In this document: piece after piece, positions 60,891 through 64,000 of the stretch | How positions within the stretch are numbered: position 1 is the first letter of the stretch | Layout of the letters: each line of letters begins with the position of its first letter | Source: Eledone cirrhosa | Taxonomy: Eukaryota | Assembly: GCA_964016885.1 (NCBI GenBank) | Contig: OZ024762.1 | Location: 29,512,001 to 29,576,000, forward strand | Length of the DNA stretch: 64,000 nucleotides | Reading direction: 5' to 3' | Made by a program: the position numbers and the translations under genes | The notes under the pieces: model-generated | Seen by the model: only the letters and a program-made list of their open reading frames with translations | Databases searched by the model: none | Told to the model about the DNA's origin: nothing

Positions 60891-63800
60891 TCAGATGTCA
60901 GGTTAGGGTGGTGGGTTGGCAGTATTGGTAGAGGGTCAGATGTCAGGTTAGGGTGGTGGGTTGGCAGTATTGGTAGAGGGTCAGATGTCAGGTTAGGGTG
61001 GTGGGTTGGCAGTAAGGGTAGAGGGTCAGACACCATGTTAGGGTTGTGGGTTGGCGGTAAGGGTAGAGGGTCAGACACCATGTTAGGGTGATGGGTTGGC
61101 AGTAAGGGTAGAGGGTCAGATGCCATGTTAGGGTGGTGGGTTGGCAGTAAGGGTAGAGGGTCAGATGCCATGTTAGGGTGGTGGGTTGGCAGTAAGGGTA
61201 GAGGGTCAGATGTCATGTTAGGGTGGTGGTTTGGCAGTAAGGGTAGAGGGTCAGATGTCAGGTTAGGGTGGTGGGTTGGCAGTAAGGGTAGAGGGTCAGA
61301 TGTCATGTTAGGGTGGTGGGTTGGCAGTAAGGGTAGAGGGTCAGATGTCAGGTTAGGGTGGTGGGTTGGCAGTAAGGGTAGAGGGTCAGATGTCATGTTA
61401 GGGTGGTGGGTTGGCAGTAAGGGTAGAGGGTCAGATGTCATGTTAGGGTGGTGGGTTGGCAGTAAGGGTAGAGGGTCAGACACCATGTTAGGGTGGTGGG
61501 TTGGCAGTAAGGGTAGAGGGTCAGATGTCATGTTAGGGTGGTGGGTTGGCAGTAAGGGTAGAGGGTCAGATGTCAGGTTAGGGTGGTGGGTTGTCAGTAA
61601 GGGTAGAGGGTCAGATGTCAGGTTAGGGTCGTGGGTTGGCAGTAAGGGTAGAGGGTCAGATGTCAGGTTAGGGTGGTGGGTTGTCACTAAGGGTAGAGGG
61701 TCAGATGTCATGTTAGGGTGGTGGGTTGTCAGTAAGGGTAGAGGCTCAGATGTCAGGTTAGGGTGGTGGGTTGTCAGTAAGGGTAGAGGGTCAGACACCA
61801 TGTTAGGGTGGTGGGTTGGCAGTAAGGGTAGAGGGTCAGATGTCATGTTAGGGTGGTGGGTTGTCAGTAAGGGTAGAGGGTCAGGTGTCAGGTTAGGGTG
61901 GTGGGTTGGCAGTAAGGGTAGAGGGTCAGATGTCAGGTTAGGGTGGTGGGTTGTCAGTAAGGGTAGAGGGTCAGATGTCAGGTTAGGGTGGTGGGTTGTC
62001 AGTAAGGGTAGAGGGTCAGATGTCAGGTTAGGGTGGTGGGTTGGCAGTAAGGGTAGAGTGTCAGATGTCAGGTTAGGGTGGTGGGTTGGCAGTAAGGGTA
62101 GAGGGTCAGATGTCATGTTAGGGTGGTGGGTTGTCAGTAAGGGTAGAGGGTCAGATGTCAGGTTAGGGTGGTGGGTTGGCAGTAAGGGTAGAGGGTCAGA
62201 TGTCAGGTTAGGGTGGTGGGTTGGCAGTAAGGGTAGAGGGTCAGATGTCATGTTAGGGTGGTGGGTTGGCAGTAAGGGTAGAGGGTCAGATGTCATGTTA
62301 GGGTGGTGGGTTGGCAGTAAGGGTAGAGGGTCAGACACCATGTTAGGGTTGTGGGTTGGCAGTAAGGGTAGAGGGTCAGATGTCATGTTAGGGTGGTGGG
62401 TTGGCAGTAAGGGTAGAGGGTCAGATGTCAGGTTAGGGTGGTGGGTTGGCAGTAAGGGTAGAGGGTCAGATGTCAGGTTAGGGTGGTGGGTTGGCAGTAT
62501 TGGTAGAGGGTCAGATGTCAGGTTAGGGTGGTGGGTTGGCAGTATTGGTAGAGGGTCAGATGCCATGTTAGGGTGGTGGGTTGGCAGTATTGGTAGAGGG
62601 TCAGATGTCAGGTTAGGGTGGTGGATTGGCAGTATTGGTAGAGGGTAAGATGTCAGGTTAGGGTGGTGGGTTGGCAGTATTGGTAGAGGGTCAGATGTCA
62701 GGTTAGGGTGGTGGGTTGGCAGTATTGGTAGAGGGTCAGATGTCAGGTTAGGGTGGTGGGTTGGTAGTAAGGGTAGAGGGTCAGATGTCATGTTAGGATG
62801 GTGGGTTGGCAGTATTGGTAGAGGGTCAGATGTCATGCTAGGGTGGTGGGTTGGCAGTAAGGGTAGAGGGTCAGATGTCAGGTTAGGGTGGTGGGTTGGC
62901 AGTATTGGTAGAGGGTCAGATGTCAGGTTAGGGTGTTGGGTTGGTAGTAAGGGTAGAGGGTCAGATGTCAGGTTAGGGTGGTGGGTTGGCAGTATTGGTA
63001 GAGGGTCAGATGTCATGTTAGGGTGGTGGGTTGGCAGTATTGGTAGAGGGTCAGATGTCAGGTTAGGGTGGTGGGTTGGCAGTAAGGGTAGAGGATCAGA
63101 TGTCAGCTTAGGGTGGTGGGTTGGCAGTATTGGTAGAGGGTCAGATGTCAGGTTAGGGTGGTGGGTTGGCAGTATTGGTAGAGGGTCAGATGTCAGGTTA
63201 GGGTGGTGGGTTGGCAGTAAGGGTAGAGGGTCAGATGTCAGGTTAGGTTGGTGGGTTGGCAGTATTGGTAGAGGGTCAGATGTCAGGTTAGGGTGGTGGG
63301 TTGGCAGTATTGGTAGAGGGTCAGATGCCATGTTAGGGTGGTGGGTTGGCAGTAAGTGTAGAGGGTCAGATGTCATGTTAGGGGGGTAGATTGGCAGTAT
63401 TGGTAGAGGGTCAGCTGTCAGGTTAGGGTGGTGGGTTGGCAGTATTGGTAGAGGGTCAGATGTCAGGTTAGGGTGGTGGGTTGGCAGTAAGCGTAGAGGG
63501 TCAGATGTCAGGTTAGGGTGGTGGGTTGGCAGTAAGCGTAGAGGGTCAGATGTCAGGTTAGGGTGGTGGGTTGCCAGTATTGGTAGAGGGTCATATGTCA
63601 GGTTAGGGTGGTGGGTTGGCAGTAAGGGTAGAGGGTCAGATATCAGGTTAGGGTGGTGGGTTGGCAGTAAGGGTAGAGGGTCAGATGTCAGGTTAGGGTG
63701 GTGGGTTGGCAGTATTGGTAGAGGGTCAGATGTCAGGTTAGGGTGGTGGGTTGGCAGTAAGCGTAGAGGGTCAGATGTCAGGTTAGGGTGGTGGGTTGCC

Positions 63801-64000
63801 AGTATTGGTAGAGGGTCAGATGTCAGGTTAGGGTGGTGGGTTGGCAGTAAGGGTAGAGGGTCGGATGTCAGGTTAGGGTGGTGGGTTGGCAGTAAGGGTA
63901 GAGGGTCAGATGTCAGGTTAGGGTGGTGGGTTGGCAGTATTGGTAGAGGGTCAGATGTCATGTTAGGGTGGTGGGTTGGCAGTATTGGTAGAGGGTCAGA

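Larger units (their letters stand above)
44837..63961 (-). other. Very long open frame of (L/M)TSDPLP(L/I)LPTHHPN repeats, at least 6,374 codons and open to the window edge; probably a by-product of the satellite, not a validated CDS
   Basis: The ORF track shows no stop or indel over about 425 monomers. The frame ends at a recurrent frameshift (..LTNTANPPP*). No non-repetitive N- or C-terminal domain is visible. Only 2 of 135 possible single substitutions in the consensus create a stop in this frame (both in the TTA codon), so staying open is expected without selection. Confidence 0.2.
1..64000 (+). repeat. 45-bp G-rich tandem satellite/minisatellite array, about 1,420 head-to-tail monomers, running off both window ends
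   Basis: The consensus AGATGTCAGGTTAGGGTGGTGGGTTGGCAGTAAGGGTAGAGGGTC (45 nt) is read directly at 46-bp-independent positions throughout, e.g. starting at 361, 406 and 811. All copies are in the same orientation. 64000/45 = 1422. The 15-aa periodicity of every ORF in the track confirms the 45-bp period. Common variant sites are CAGG/CATG, TAAGGG/TATTGG, TGGCAG/TGTCAG and GATGTC/GATGCC/GACGCC/GACACC. Confidence 0.99.
1..64000 (+). other. Dense putative G-quadruplex-forming sequence, one four-tract motif per TAAGGG-type monomer
   Basis: The monomer reads GGG-tggt-GGG-ttggcagtaa-GGG-taga-GGG (loops 4, 10 and 4 nt) followed by a 15-nt linker. It fits the relaxed G3-N(1-12) pattern but not the strict N(1-7) pattern. 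This is a prediction only. Confidence 0.6.

Noticed and set aside
2400-61091. TGA replacing TGG at a Trp position, suggesting genetic code 4 (UGA = Trp) and one giant plus-strand protein
   Set aside because: The same frame also contains TAA (about 33096, 38407, 43133, 44889, 62646) and TAG (about 52722, 55692, 58707, 63387) plus 13 frameshifts. TGG>TGA is a simple transition.
8-63389. Plus-strand ORFs (MLGWWVGSKGRGSDV repeats) as a tandem gene family or operon
   Set aside because: They are pure translations of the monomer. Their starts and stops are recurring monomer variants, with no unique domains, ribosome-binding sites or promoters.
1-64000. CRISPR array or other repeat-spacer system
   Set aside because: There are no unique spacers. 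Monomers abut directly and differ only by a few substitutions, and no leader or cas genes are present.
1-64000. Chi-like GGTGGTGG in every monomer (fits Haemophilus GNTGGTGG; one mismatch from E. coli GCTGGTGG)
   Set aside because: Such a match is expected in a G/T-rich monomer, and nothing suggests a bacterial RecBCD context.
1-64000. A true telomerase-synthesised telomere tract
   Set aside because: A 45-bp unit is longer than the telomerase repeats I know (up to about 26 bp in yeasts). Inherited multi-kb variant patterns indicate recombinational amplification, not copying from one RNA template.
1-64000. Rolling-circle concatemer or wholly artefactual assembly
   Set aside because: Blocks differ by private, hierarchically shared variants and by length, which indicates real evolutionary history. 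The exact copy number and order of the near-identical blocks could still be misassembled.
1-64000. Variant pattern as a digital or combinatorial code across monomers
   Set aside because: The order of variants is adequately explained by nested duplication and conversion, and no reader, flanking gene or other evidence of information use is visible.

Overview
The whole 64 kb window is one uninterrupted, head-to-tail tandem array of a 45-bp G-rich monomer, about 1,420 copies. The consensus is AGATGTCAGGTTAGGGTGGTGGGTTGGCAGTAAGGGTAGAGGGTC (22 G, 11 T, 9 A, 3 C; GC skew about +0.76). I see no unique sequence, inversion, spacer, RNA gene or recognisable protein domain, and neither array boundary lies in the window. 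Each monomer carries one exact TTAGGG, parses into telomere-like sub-repeats and has four GGG tracts, so it is potentially G-quadruplex forming. Monomer variants act as barcodes that reveal nested higher-order repeats: a recurring variant cassette, blocks of 39-138 monomers delimited by a recurrent +1 insertion, a ~12 kb A-B-C super-repeat, and recent 1.8, 3.0, 5.3 and 6.5 kb duplications. They also show a local gene-conversion tract and a left-to-right turnover of variants. The many long ORFs mostly follow from a stop-free monomer whose length is divisible by 3. The one residual coding candidate is a minus-strand frame of at least 6,374 codons (LTSDPLPLLPTHHPN repeats), which I consider unlikely but cannot exclude. 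The best reading is a eukaryotic-type satellite or very large minisatellite, possibly telomere-derived or subtelomeric. The organism and function cannot be determined from this window, and I cannot honestly claim a new gene system here.
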